Origin: Okamejei kenojei | Taxonomy: Eukaryota | Length of the DNA stretch: 64,000 nucleotides | Reading direction: 5' to 3' | NCBI GenBank assembly: GCA_035221665.1 | Contig: CM069161.1 | Span: 3,348,001-3,412,000 of the forward strand | Shown here: piece by piece, positions 36,872-50,069 of the stretch | How positions within the stretch are numbered: the first letter of the stretch is position 1 | Layout of the letters: each line of letters starts with the position of its first letter | Notes under the pieces: generated by a model | Told to the model about the DNA's origin: nothing | The model's database searches: none | The model's input: only the letters and a program-made list of their open reading frames with translations | Translations under genes and position numbers: made by a program

Positions 36872-39044
36872 GACTGAAATTGGAGTGCTCAGCTGACTCT
36901 TGACTATCATTACAATCAGAATATCATACAGATAAGCTTTACATGTGTTTCTGTGCTCTTAATTGAGCTAAAATGGTTTCAACCCAGTTTGTAAAGGTCT
37001 AGGATGCTGAACTTAATCCATTTGGTAAAAGCTGTTGAACTGCCATAATTGCCCTGCCAATAAAACTTTAAGTTATCTCCGAAAAAGAGGATGAATTGGA
37101 CAGAATAATAGGCGTCTTTCAAATCAATCTTAGGCCTTATAAGAACATGCTGAAATCAAAAATAGTTGCAGTTTTAAATGTCTCTATCTTTAAAACGTTT
37201 GTATTCTACAAACTTATTTAGATCTGTAAGATCTAGAATTATTCTACAACCACCCTTCTTTCTGATCCTGCGAAATATATTAGAGACAAATTGATGCTTT
37301 GTTCATAAGTTTTTTCAATCTACCCTTTTTCGGATAATTTGCCAATTTCCACATCAATCTTCCATTTCTTTCTTATGGAGAAAACACATAAGCATAAGGC
37401 AGGTTTATTCGTACCAGGAGGATTGTCCCCTTCTTTAAAATATAATATAGGCTCCTGAAACTGCTTGTAATATAAATCGATCAGAAGCTAATATTAAGCC
37501 AGGCATTATAAAAATTTTTGCAATTCTCCCTCGAACTGGAGATTCATCCACTGTTTCTTTAAGGATAGAAGTCTTGATTACCTCCATAGGAGCGGTGATG
37601 GTCTCATCTTTCCCGAATGCAGGGATGCAGTGGCTGTGTAGCACGATAATACCTTCGTGACAAATTTTCTGCCTTATAACGAAAATCAAAACTCCTTCGG
37701 GCCGAAAACCCTTTTCTTTGTTCCAAAGACAAAAGCTTATTGTGCTAAAATATCTTAAGCTCTTCATCCAAACTGCTTCAGTTGTTTCGGCAGATTTTCT
37801 CCAAACAAATATCCAGGGCTTGGAACTCCACTTTCTTGACACAGGCTTGCTATCTAGGGTGAAATTGGGCCGAATCGCATTTTCCTCCCTGCAATTGATC
37901 TCATAAAACGAATTGCACATTAAACCCAAGTATCTTTTTGAATTCTTGTACATTTCCAGATTCTCAATTTGCATGCCAAATGCAGTGATGGCAGCCGAAA
38001 TAATTTTAGCACACCTTTTGCAAATTTCATTTTCTTGGGCTCTCATACTTGGAGTCATAGATTCCTCATCCATCGGATTCACGTAGCACTTCCAATTGAG
38101 GCACAATTGCATGGTGCTTTTATATAATTCTGATTAATTCATTCATCACAGTATATGAAGCTGGTGAGATACCTTATAATTTTTATTGGCAGCTAGGCTT
38201 TCTTCCATATCCTCACCACTTCCTTCAGGTATAGAAAAACTTTGTGCTATCCTAGGCAGATCAAGCCTTTTCTTTTTACTTAGTGGCGTTCTTTCAAACA
38301 TCATTTCAAATTCAGCAGGGGGTCTGCCTTCTGCAGCCCTAATTCATCGGGATATTATCCATAGAGACTCTTCCAGCCAAAATCGTGGGTTGGAGTAATC
38401 ATATTCCAACTTGGCCACAGCCATATTCATCATATTGAAACCCCTCAGGATTTTCTGGGATTCATGAGGGTTACTGTGACCTTGTCTCATAATAGTTTGG
38501 AGAACGTTCTCCTTATGCTCCATTTGTAGCCACATAGTTTTATTATCTGGAGGTCTTTCAAAATTCAGAAATCTCAGAAAACCACGGGCTCACAGTTTTC
38601 TTCTTTTTGCATTTCTTAGGAACATTTTCCTCCGCGGTTATAATTTTTTCCGGAGAATCTTGGAAATTCTATATCGGGTAAATCAGTGGCCAACGGTATC
38701 GGAACCGGGTCCACTCTAGCTTCGCTTCCGTATATTTACTTATCACCCGGGAGCTCTTTTCACCCGCGAAGCTTCTTCCGATTTCTCCATTTGTTATAAT
38801 TTATTTGTGCTTAATCAGCACGTTTACGTCTAAATTTATTACTTTTAGTTGTCGCTGTTGGACAACCATTTCCAGCGTAACTAAACCCGCGCCGATGTAA
38901 CTCTCACTTACCTGCGGGCCTTCCGACCGCTGACGAGGAGCTGCTCCTTACCGCAGCTCCTTCTTTTCGCGTCAGCGTCGACGTCATGACGTTACAGGTG
39001 AGGCGGGCTCTTTCTTCACGTAGTCACTCACGTGACTCGAAGTA
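36872..39044 (-). mobile_element. Second DIRS1-type element (left end, gag, RT N-half), cut by the gap
   Basis: The left terminus ttcgagtcacgtgagtgactacgtgaagaa matches 8180-8210. ORFs 38344-38535 and 37435-38112 align to copy 1 (WLQMEH, IISAAITAFG, SDRFILQAVSGA), and AYLYDILIV lies near 36910-36937. Confidence 0.9.
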
Positions 39045-39446
39045 TTAATTGAGATCCCTCTATAACTGTACTCATTGCAGTTTTTCTGTGTAATACACTC
39101 CTTTGTATTAATCTCACTAAATTGCATAATCTACACTGTCCCATTTCAATTCAATTTGCAAGCTTTCACCACTCTCTAATTATTCTATAAGCTGCGCAGG
39201 CTCGTAAAATCCCCAGTACAACACATCCTCCCACTGATTGTCGTGTCATCGGTTAAGTTGGATGTCTTCCCCTCAGCTTCCTTCTTTGCATCATTAATAA
39301 CCACGGTCTCCAAAATGGCCCCAGGGGCACTGCATGTGTTACATCCTTGAAGCCTGGAATAAAACGTTATTTTGACTCTCTTTGCAATAACAAATCTTCA
39401 ATCTATGCCAGCACACTTGCCCTAAAACCACGTCATCTTGTCTTAT

Positions 39447-39656
39447 GGTAGACAAAAATGCTGGAGAAAGTCAGCGGGGTGTGGCAGCATCTAAGGAGCG
39501 AAGGAAATAGGCAACATTCCGGGTCGAAACCCTTCTTCAGACTTCGACCCGAAACATTGCCTATTTCCTTCGCTCCATAGATGCTGCCTCACCTGCTGAG
39601 TTCCTCCAGCATTTTTGTCTACCTTCGATTTTCTAGCATCTGCAGTTCCTTCTTAA
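39447..39656. mobile_element. Head-to-head Penelope pLTR pair with a perfect 14-bp TSD
   Basis: tcatcttgtcttat at 39433-39446 and 39657-39670. Confidence 0.92.
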
Positions 39657-40671
39657 TCATCTTGTCTTATCTAGTGCACCAGCCCTTGTTAACTGCCTTC
39701 TAAAAATCCAAGTACACTCCATTACAGGTTCCCTGTGATCAACTCTTCTAATGACATCCTCAAAGAACTCTGTTGTTAAAACTCTTTATCTTTTGTAAAA
39801 CTATTTGTGTTTGATTGGTTTGGTTTGATATCATTACATTAAGCTTCTCTAAATGATGAACGGTTTATTAGTAGTTAATCAAGTAAGAAAAACATAACAT
39901 ACCTGTTACATCGTAGTGTACAGATAAGAGAATTAAACAGTGCAGAGCTGTGTATGGATGTACAAGAGCAAAGTAGTATTGAGATTTAAAAAAAAATATT
40001 ACCAAGGGCTGCATCCAAGGGAGATCGGAACGACAACATTTAGCTATTGAGAGGCCCATTCACCAGTTTGGTAACATTTTGGTCTGAACTGGTTTAATGT
40101 CTTCAGCGCGTTTGTACCTTCAGCCTGTCAGACATGGTGACCCATCTTCTGATTCCTCCCTGGATGGATCCTTCTCAACCATCCACTCGCAAGTGTGAGG
40201 AATTAGCACATTTTATAGTGCCATGCCCTTGTGTCATTTAAATTGCCAGCAAAGGTACTTAATTAACATGAGTTTATAATGCCAGCTGGCATGCTAACCT
40301 TGGCTTCCTTCCAAAACGCTGCCTCCAGACCTTTCTACCCTAAACATTGCTTCAACACTACTAGAATAGTAGTTAGGCATAAACCAAACATAAAAAGGGT
40401 TGAGGCAGCATCAAACCAACATTTATTGTCCAACACTACAAATGACACATATGCTCCAACTCATAGAGTCATAAAGAATCGCAGTGTTGCACAAACAAGA
40501 AACCAGTTCTTCGGTCCGCACTTCCATGCTGACCTTTTTATCTATGTTAACTTTGCCGCACTACGCCCTACTTTTTTTAAGTCTCTCAATTTCATAGGAA
40601 TTGGAAGATGTCAATTCTGGGTCTTCATGGATGTTGAAGATCGTTGTGAAGATCTCCGTTTAGGTTAGGTT

Positions 40672-42150
40672 AGTAAGGGGGAGGTACAGCAAGACTTGGG
40701 TGTCCTTGTACACCGGTCACTGAAAGTTGGCGTGCAGGCACAGCAGGCAGTGAAGAAAGCTAATGGAATGTTGGCCTTCATGACAAGATGATTTCAGTAC
40801 AGGAGTAAAGAGGTTTTTCACTGCGTAGGGTTCTGGTGAGACCATATCTGGAATATTGTGTACAGTTTTGGTCTCCTAATTTGAGGAAGGACATCCTTGT
40901 GATTGAGGCAGTGCAGCGTAGGTTCACAAGATTGATCCCTGGGATGGCGGGATGGTCATATGAGGAAAGATTGAAAAGACTAGGCTTGTATTCACTGGAG
41001 TTTAGAAGGATGAGGGGGGATCTTATAGAAACATATGAAATTATAAAAGGACTGGACAAGCTAGATGCAGGAAAAATGTTCCCAATGTTGGGTGAGTCCA
41101 GAACCAGGGGCCACAGTCTTAGAATAAGATAAGATGCATTTATTTGTCACATGTGCCAATTGGCACAGCAAAATTAAATCACCATACAGCCATACATTAA
41201 AAATAAAGAACACAACATGGAGTAGATAGGATTCAACATAAAACATCCCCCCACTGCAGGATCAACAGTTCCCACTGTGAGGGAAGGCACCAAAGTCAGT
41301 CTCTTCCCCTGATGTTCCCCACTGTTCCCCTGGTCGGGGCCTCCCCGAGCCCCCTGCAACGTGTTCAGGGCCCTCGCCGGGGTGATTTGTAAGTCGACGT
41401 CGGGGCTGGGGGACGTCCTCAGAGGCCTGGCCTACCGGAGTCTCCAAAGTCCACTTCGTTCGCCGCCCGCGTTGGGAGGCTCTCTAGACCAGAGCTCCAC
41501 GATGTTGGAGCAGCGGCCCAACGCTGCGGAGCTCTAACGGTATCGCCCGCTCCGTGGTGACTCCAGCGCCGCCGCTGTTGCAGCTCTGGTCCGGTTCCCG
41601 GTCCCCGGCAGGAAAGGCCGCTCCGATCCAGGAGGTAGGCCGCGAGGTGGGGGGGCGAGGACGCAACTCGGAGAAATAGTCGGGTCCCCGCCAGGAAGTG
41701 ACTGGGAATTAGTTTCCCCCTTACCCTGTCCCGCTCCCCCACATAAAAAAGTTAAAGTTTCCCCACAAACAAACTTTAAACGGACTAAAAATAAAAAAAA
41801 GATGGAAAAACAAACGGGCTGCTGGCAGTCCAGCGCCCCCTCGTGTGCTGGACTACCAGCAGGACTACATAAAGGGGAGGTCATTTAAGACTGAGCTGAG
41901 AAAAAACTTTTTTACCCAGAGAGTTGTGAATTTATGGAATTCCCTGCCACAGAGGGCAGTGGAGGCCAAATCACTGGATGGATTTAAGAGAGAGTTGGAT
42001 AGAGCTCTAGGGGCTAGTGGAGTCAAGGGATATGGGGAGAAGGCAGGCACGGGTTATTGATAGCGGACGATCAGCCATGATCACAATGAATGGCGGTGCT
42101 GGCTCGAAGGGCCGAATAGCCTCCTCCTGCACCTATTGTCTATTGTCTAT
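40672..42150 (+). mobile_element. 5'-truncated CR1 LINE split by an insertion at 41128-41868
   Basis: ORF 40836-41132 (RPYLEYCVQFWSP...TRGHSLRI) and ORF 41845-42060 (KGRSFKTELRKNFF) join seamlessly. Tail (tattgtc)n. Confidence 0.93.
41128..41868 (-). mobile_element. Non-coding GC/CpG-rich non-autonomous retroposon with (atctt)n tail
   Basis: Interrupts the CR1, with ataa duplicated (41124-41127 / 41869-41872). The minus strand ends gtgacaaataaatgcatcttatct, like Rex1/Babar tails. Confidence 0.7.
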
Positions 42151-42517
42151 TATATGTTGATTATAATAAATAGTGTGTCCGAAATGGAGGCCTGAGAAGA
42201 CAGATGGAAGACGATGAAAATCCTGAAAGAATATTTAGCATTTGTTTACAGGGAAGTGGAGTTCGATAGTGGCATTGATACCAAGGTGGGAGAATGTAAG
42301 GTAGGGACATGATTAGCTGAGGAAGGGTTCATTGTTCATAAGGGGCCTTTGTACAGACATTGCCGGAGCACTGTAAATTGTGAGAATGCCTGTTTCCTGT
42401 TCTTTCCAAGAGGAAATGTGATAGATGAGTGAAAACATTGCACACCTGACACTCGAAAAATCTAACCAGAACTTACAACACAGTCGAATATTCTGAAATA
42501 CTTCTCTTTGTGTGGTT

Positions 42518-42892
42518 TATTAGCACACGGGTACCATGTAATCCCGTGCTACCTGCTCCATGGTCGGATAGTCGGTGACTAAACCATCTATCCCACCTTG
42601 CCAGGTGAGGAGGGGGCTGTGGACCCCCCAGCAGGACCAAACACAAGACCTGTCAAAGGGCGGATGAGCTTCTAGCGAGCCAACGGCCATCCACACTTCA
42701 GTGGAAGTTGCGATCACTCTCGTACACGGCATTGTAAGGAATGATGATAAAACACACACACACAATCCTACACTTCCAGCGGCGGAAGTCCGCAGGAACT
42801 GGTGGACAGAGATGTGTGGTGCGTCCGTCACTGTTCCCGTTGGAAACCAGCACCACTGCGTCACTAATGTTTTCAACGATGATGAATGAATG
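42518..42892 (+). mobile_element. Probable bipartite non-autonomous RTE-like element
   Basis: A CpG-rich 5'UTR-like segment, a (CA)n junction, a DRDVW-like C-terminal remnant and a (gat/gaat)n tail. Confidence 0.45.
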
Positions 42893-43159
42893 CTTTAATA
42901 CTGACACTAGGATTCTATTACATTGTTAAATGCTAGCCCGTATATTCTAGAGTGGGTTTCTTGGTTTATGAATGCACAAATCCAGCAAAAGGTTGGCATG
43001 AGGTGAGAAGCTAAACACGAGATGTTACTTTCAGTCACATATGGAACATAACTCGACAAGTTCCGTACATTCACAATTAGAAGCACATTTAATAATCCGC
43101 TGAACCCATAGATTGGTTCACATATAAAGAGTGATGTTCAACATTACAATGTCGTCATT

Positions 43160-43570
43160 TAGAAACATCGAAACATAGAAACATAGAAAAGAGGTGCAGG
43201 AGTAGGCCATTCGGCCCTTCGAGCCAGCACCGACATTCAATATGTTCATGGCTGATCATCCAAAATCATTACCCCTGCTTTCTCCCCATATCCCTTGATT
43301 CCATTAGCCCTCAGAGCTCTTGAAAACGTCCAATTAATTAGACAATGGACAATAGGTGCAGGAGTAGGCCATTCAGCCCTTCAATTGGCCTCTACTGCCT
43401 TCTGTGGCAGAGAATTCCACAGGTTCACGACTCTTTAGATGAAAAAGGTTTTCCTCATCACAGTCCTAAATGGCCTACCCCTTATTCTTAAACGGTGACC
43501 CCTGGTTCTGGACTCCCCCAACATTGGGAACATTTTTCCTGCATCTTGCCTGTCCAATCCCTTAACAATA
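43160..43570 (-). mobile_element. CR1 LINE 3' end containing a ~50-bp second CR1 tail insertion
   Basis: (tttctatg)n tail at 43160-43190. An extra tagacaatggacaataggtgcaggagtaggcc at ~43338-43381 lies between caatt repeats. Confidence 0.85.
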
Positions 43571-43574
43571 CCTT

Positions 43575-43722
43575 TTTTTTCCTCGTGTTTCCCTCTTCCC
43601 TGACTCATTCTGAAGAAGGGTCTCGACCCGAAAGGCCACCTATTCCCCTTCTCCCCGCTGAGTCACTCCAGCATTCCGTGTCCATCCTCGGTGCACACCA
43701 ACATCTGCAGTCCCTCTGTACA
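43575..43722 (+). mobile_element. Penelope 3'UTR/pLTR fragment
   Basis: ctgaagaagggtctcgacccgaaaggcc... Confidence 0.8.
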
Positions 43723-44892
43723 CAAAGATACAGGCAGCATGGGAAGTGCCTATACAGTATATTTCAGAAATAATTGTGATCCTACCTTTGGCAAGCTTCT
43801 CTTTAGTGAGCTGCAGAACTGGTCAGAATATGCGTGCCAGAAAGTGGGAACGGGATCCTGCTACGTTCATGAGTCAGATTCTGTATTTTTGATGCCCCTA
43901 ACATTTAAGCCATAGACGTCTTGTAAGACGTCATTAATAAGTTTGCCAGCCTAATCACCTGTTAGATAACAGTTACCTCCTTGTTGGAGATTGTCCAAGA
44001 CAGTGAATATCAGCCCCAGCTTGTCCAGGTAGATTATCCTTATTCTCAATGCCGAGGTAGTCTCTATCTGTGGTGGATTCTAATGACAAATAGAACATTT
44101 CAAATTGCCCTTGCAGAGTTGCAATTCATTGGAGAATCAGTCACTTATTCTGTGCTGGAATAGAGATTTTGCAATCAGTTTGAAACTCCCCTCACCATCC
44201 CACTGATAATTGCACCTCAATTGATTTCATCCACCTCCATTAGTTCATGAAAGAGTTGAACGTGGTTTTAAAATAGAAAAGCAGTGGATTTTGTTTCCGT
44301 CGGGTTGCTGGTGAGTAGGTGTGATGTGTATACAATGCAGCAGCAATGACGCAGGTAACATGGGGCTCAAAGCACCAACTCTGAACACAAATCGGAAGTA
44401 GAAGGCTAATTTGTTCGGGGAATTCAGCAAGTGGTACCTAACCTAACAAATGTCACCGATTAACTGAAAATAAATCAGTACTGAATGGTTCAGACATATG
44501 CCGGCTGAGGTTTCTGCCTCTGACATGTGGGATTTGCCTCAGACAGTGTTTTCAAGTAATATTTTCCTTTACTATTAATAAATTCTGGTGTTTAAATTTG
44601 AGCAGACCCCGAAATAACACAATGGTTGCAATGAAGATTGAGCCACAGAACAAGCCAACTTTCTGGTCCTGCCCGTTGTGATGTCTCGCGAGTCCAGCCG
44701 GCATTAATCATACCTGTGGATAACATCTGTCAAAGTTGTTCCCTGATGGCAAGGTTCATTGCAGCTGATGCAGATGTTGACAGCTGTTCTATGGAGGACC
44801 TGATATGGACAACAGCGGGGAGTGAACCAACACAGAAGGGAATAGCATCTCGATGCCAGAGTGGAGCTCTTGGTGGAGGAGTGATGCCCTGT

Positions 44893-45545
44893 AGAGTCAC
44901 AGTGTCACAGAGTCATAAAACATGGAAACTTTGGTCCAACCTGTCCATGCCAACCAAGATGCCCACCAATGCTAATTCCATTTGCCTGCGTTTGACCTTA
45001 TCCCTCTAAACCTTTACAAACCAGCTGTCCAAATGTCCCTTAAATGGTGTTATTCTACCTGCCTCTGGCAGCTCATTCCATATACGTACCAGCTTCTTTG
45101 CGAAAAAGTTGCCCATCGGGTTCCTGTTGAACCTGGGATACAAGGTGCTGGAATAACTCAGTGGGTCAGAAATAGATGTGTGTAGGATCATGAGAGTAAT
45201 AGAGAGGGTCACAGCACAGTCTTCTACCCAGAGTTGGGGAATCAAGAAACAGTGGACACATGTTGAAGGTGGGGGAGGGAGGGGTTTAATAGGAACCTGA
45301 GGGACAACCTTTTACACAAAGGGTGGTGGGAATATGGAAATAGCTACCAAGCAGGTAGCTGAGGCAAGTACTATCACAACGATTTGTGGAATCGTCTTTG
45401 TGGAATTGTGGAACAAATTTGGACAGGTACATGGATAGAAAAGGCTCGGAAGGATATGGGCCAAATGCAGGGAGGTGGGATGAGAATAGATGGGGCATGT
45501 TGGTTGGCATGGACAAGTTGGGATGAAGGGTTTCATCAGGGCTAG
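44893..45545. mobile_element. Two divergent HER1/CR1 3' fragments (44893-45130 minus, 45180-45545 plus)
   Basis: RFNRNPMGNFF..VRIWNELPE on the minus strand and an equivalent segment on the plus strand. Confidence 0.75.
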
Positions 45546-45746
45546 TTGTTTTCCATGGGTTCATTCTCAGGAAGGCCGATTTGGGCACAGGCGCACCCAA
45601 GGCAGTCAGAGTGGATGAAGTCTGTGTTTGGAAATGTCCAGGCAGAAACGTTTTTATATTTAGATACGTTCCATTCCATCTACTACCTTACAGATAGTAA
45701 CCTGGCTAATTGCTTTGAAGGTTTAGCACTCCCAGCTTTATTGTAA

Positions 45747-46024
45747 TTAGTTTAGTTTAGAGATTCGCCGCGGAAACAGGCCCTTTGGCCCACCGAGTCC
45801 GCACCAACCTCCGATCCCCGCACAGTAACACTATCCTACACGCACTGGGCACTATCCACACTTATAGCAAGCCAATTAACCTACAAACCAATACATCTTA
45901 GGAATGTGGGAGGAAACCGAAGATCTCAGAGAAAATGTACAAACTCCGTACAGACAGCACCCACAGTCAGGATCGAACCTGCGCCTACTGGCTCTGTACG
46001 GCAGCAACTTTACCACCATGCTGC
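45747..46024 (-). mobile_element. HE1-type SINE
   Basis: Tail, V-domain and head are recognisable. Confidence 0.85.
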
Positions 46025-46855
46025 ATTAGAAGGGTGGTTAGTGGTCTGTGTTTGATTACTATAAATCTCGATTACTGGTGCATTTGGTCTTGGTTACCTT
46101 TTAATGGAAAACTCGGTGCCTTTCTCTTTTCCTGACTACCATTCCCAGCTGTGACCTTTAGCAAAATCAGGTTTAATTCCCAGATAGAATTGGTAGACAT
46201 TGTCTCAGGCGGATTTGCACATTGTATAAACAAACATAGAAACCGAAGAAATGATTCCAATCACACACCGAAGTCCGTGGCCAAACATTGCAAATCCTCC
46301 AGAGGGTATCGACAGGAAGATGTAACTGACATTTTCCTTGTAATTATTTATGTTATTACCTCTGCAGCGCCAGTTCCCTTTGACTGCGCCACAAGAGAGA
46401 TGTACTTATTGGATCTCAGTATCTACATAGGGATGAGCACTTCACATATACCAGGTTCCTGCAACATGGAAGGAGACTATTTGTCCTGTTGAATATTGAA
46501 CTGAAATATTCCCTTTGCTCCACACTCCCTCCCTGCCCACCTTCTCTGCTACTGATCTCTCTCTCTGCCATTCCTGAAACTTGAACTGATTTTTCCTTCC
46601 GCGGATGCTGCCTGACCTGATGAGTGGGTTCAGCATTTTCTGCTTTTGCTCCTGTAATACCTGTTGTGTGCAGGCTTGATTATGATACCGGAATATTTCC
46701 AGCATCTAGTGTTGTTTGATTTTGTTTCCAGTCTACGTGGACCAGTTTTACTCTCGTCCCGTTGAAACGTGTCTTGCTGGGATTAACTCTTTATACCCAG
46801 ATGTGTTCAATGTCCTTTTCTATTGCTAATGGTAGACCTGATGATATTATCTCAT

Positions 46856-47152
46856 CAGAGCTGCTACCTTGTAGCCCCGGAAGCCCAGGTATAATATTAA
46901 CCTTGGGTGCTGTCTGTGTGGAGTTTGCACATTCTCCCTGTGATCGTGCGTGTTTCTTCCGGGTGCTCCGGGTTCTTCCCATACCCCAAAAAAATGTGGA
47001 TTTGTAGGTTAATCGGCCTTTGTAAATTCTCCTTGGTGTGCAGGAAGTGGATGGGAAAAGGGAATAATGGAATTAATGTGGACAGGTCATTGATGGTGGT
47101 GTGGGCTGAAGGGCCTGTTTCCATGCTGTACCTCTAAACTAAATTAAACTAG
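46856..47152 (+). mobile_element. HE1-type SINE
   Basis: V-domain ggagtttgcacattctccctgtg and tail gaagggcctgtttccatgctgtacctctaaactaaa. Confidence 0.85.
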
Positions 47153-47644
47153 AATAAACAATCACTGTGTCCCAGATGTTCGCCCACTTGTACTTGATTT
47201 AGAGACCTAGAGCCAAATAATCAATGTTGTCATGCATGACAACAGGTCCTTTCGCCCAATTCATCCATGCCAACCAAGGTGCCCCATCAAAGCTAGTCCC
47301 ATTTGCCTTCACATGGCCCATATCCCTCTCAAACTTTCCTATCCATGTCTTGGAAAGGTGTTTCAAGGAAACAACTCTTCTCACTGCAGCAATAGATTGG
47401 TCACACAAACACATTTAGACTGACTTTTTAAAAATAATTTTTCAAATTTTCTTCATATTTTTAAATTGTGGGATGAGTGTACCAGGCGAAAGAACATGTT
47501 TTCTTGCCTTCCTCACTGCCAGCACTTGCCTTGCCAAGTAAAGTGTGTACAATTTAAATGCCGCGTTTATTTAAAGCACATTAGAGTATGGGATTTAAAC
47601 AATATTTTAGAATAGTTGCATTTAGCTGTCAAGAGGGAATTATT

Positions 47645-48005
47645 CAGTAGCAGCACTATTATATCTGAGGCAGAGGTTTGTCGATTCAAGTCCCACTCAA
47701 AGGCGTTGACAATGGAGGCTCAATTGATACTATAATGAGGGTACACAAAAAGCTGGAGAAACTCAGCGGGTGCAGCAGCATCTAAGGAGCAAAGGAGATA
47801 GGCGACGTTTCGGGTCGAGACCCTTCTTCATGAAGTGCCTTTCAGATGAGACAATGTGTGAGATCTTCTCTTTTATCCTATTTACCACTTCACTTTGCTG
47901 TCTGCAGCACATCCTACATTGCAACTAGGATCGCCTTATATGAGTGCCTACATTTGAGGATATCCCGAGAGTGGGAAAGATGCTATCGAACCAAAGTTTT
48001 CTTTC
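47645..48005 (+). mobile_element. Old SacSINE1/DeuSINE-like SINE split by a pLTR
   Basis: Head gattcaagtcccactc and tail gatgctat...tttctttc. Diverged. Confidence 0.5.
47739..47830 (-). mobile_element. Solo pLTR nearly identical to the pLTR of the coding Penelope element
   Basis: About 2 mismatches to 17765-17855 over ~91 bp. Confidence 0.92.
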
Positions 48006-50069
48006 TTATGGAGTTGTAATTATGTAGAGGAATTAAATGTAGGACATATTCTGCTGCAGAAAAAATACTCCTGTGTTTCAAGCTGTTCTTTCTACATATA
48101 AAGCTATTACCTTTTTCCTTTATAATTTCAAGAACATTAGACTCAAGCTCATAAAAGCTTTTTCACTTATTTCATTCCTTCCTCAAATCAGCTACCCCCC
48201 TGTGTCCTGGCCTTTTCTTTATCCCCACTGTCTAATATTTCCTGAGGTACACATCAAAACATTTCAGATGGCGAGTTCAGACAGCACCTGTAGAAAAATA
48301 AACAGGATGTAAATGTGCCAAATTGAAGGCTTGCTATCAGATGAACCCTTCTAGAGCTTCTTGTCACAGGTTTGCTCTTGTTAATCAACACAATATTTAA
48401 CTGCATTGAGGAATATTGGCTAGGTATTTGATTGTAAACCACCACATTTTTATGTACATGCAATCTAATTACTATAAAGCATAGAGCAGGAATGAAACTT
48501 GGGACTTGACAATATTATTCCCCGAACTGCAATTTTGTATTCCCGTGTTCTCTGTGAGTCTGCACATGAAGCACTCCAGACTTGCTTAATGGTATCCAAC
48601 AATGTGATTCAAAGGGAATATGTTGAGTAGGGAGCCTGATTTAGAGAGTTCCCTTTAACTTAGTTATCTACCATATTTCCATCAGCGCCACCCATACATT
48701 TTGTTAACAACATTGACTCCCACCGTATGTGAGCATACTTTCCCTTCTCCATTGATCACCAGACACCCTAATCTTCTGCCTGCCAAGCCTGTAACCCCAG
48801 GATCACTCTGACCCACACCCGAGCCGATCACGCAACCAGAATCCCCCACCTAGGTCCAAATCAGCACAAATCTCCCACTCAGGCACGGACAGTCACTCCA
48901 CCGTTCCATCCCATTGCCACACCCTACAGACCGGACCATGGTCCCGGAGTTGTATAATTGCCTCAACGTGCCTGTGCCTATGTCAGTCGGTACAATACCA
49001 ACTAGTGTCTGGCCAGGGGCACTGCCAATCTCACAGCCAAGGCCCCGTGACCAAAACAGTGGCCGATGTGTTACATGGGGCCATTTCCTGCACCCCCAAC
49101 TAGTGACCATTTTCTGTGCACCCCTGTGGCAGCCATTTCCTGTGCCTCTGCAGGTATAGAAGCAATTCTAGCCCACAGTATCAATGTGAGTGTTGCTGTT
49201 GGCATGAATGGAGCTGGTGCTTCAGTGCCTGAGCTGCAATGTTTTTGCTCTGCGAAACTCATCCTTAGCAACAGCCCGACTGGGGTTTGTCAGACTGCAT
49301 CATGGCTGTAACTGCGTCTGGATACGGTGGAGAGTCAGCAATGCTGCACGTCCCTCGAGCTTACACTAACTCATTCCTGAGAGAACCCGGACTGATTATT
49401 AATTTTAACACGATAATCTTGTGATTATTTGCCATCGAGACAGACTTGAGTGACAACCATGATCTGTGTACATTTTTTGAGTGGCAAACTCTGGTCCATT
49501 ACGATCAAACCTATTGCCCAGAGAAAATGGCAAAGCTTTCTTTTGACCTAAGCTTGATAAGGAAGCTTGAACTTGAGGTGAATGTATCTCCATACAAAAT
49601 GATAAATATTGAGGAACAGATGCCACTTTGCCTTGGTGGTATGTTAAATATTCATCAAAGTCAGCCACTGGAGATTTCGGAGCAGAAGATCCAGGCTGAT
49701 CACATCAACTTCAAGATCACTCTTCAGCCAAAGTTTTTCTCACTCAAGGTGCTTGCGTCTATCTTCATCTTACTTGTCACTCATATCTGTCTCAATGGCA
49801 ATCAGTCACTAGATTATCATGTTACAATGATCCATCAGTCCTGGTTCTCACGGGATGTATTTTTCTTGAATGTGTTCTTGTCACCATTAAAGCTGTAATA
49901 TGTGCAATAACTGATCAGGGGCAACATCGACAAAGATGAGTGTTTCAGTTACAGACAAGCTAAGCCACAATGTCCACCTGTCCCATGTTTATCACAAGTT
50001 TCTACACCTGAGAAAGATGAATGAAGCAAAACCATCACTTGGAAAGCAGCTCCAAGGTCATTTTGTATG

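Noticed and set aside
36334-36910. Three long ORFs
   Set aside because: Artefacts of translating the N gap.
49446-49898. 150-aa ORF
   Set aside because: Non-ATG start and no motif I recognise. At most a very decayed LINE remnant.
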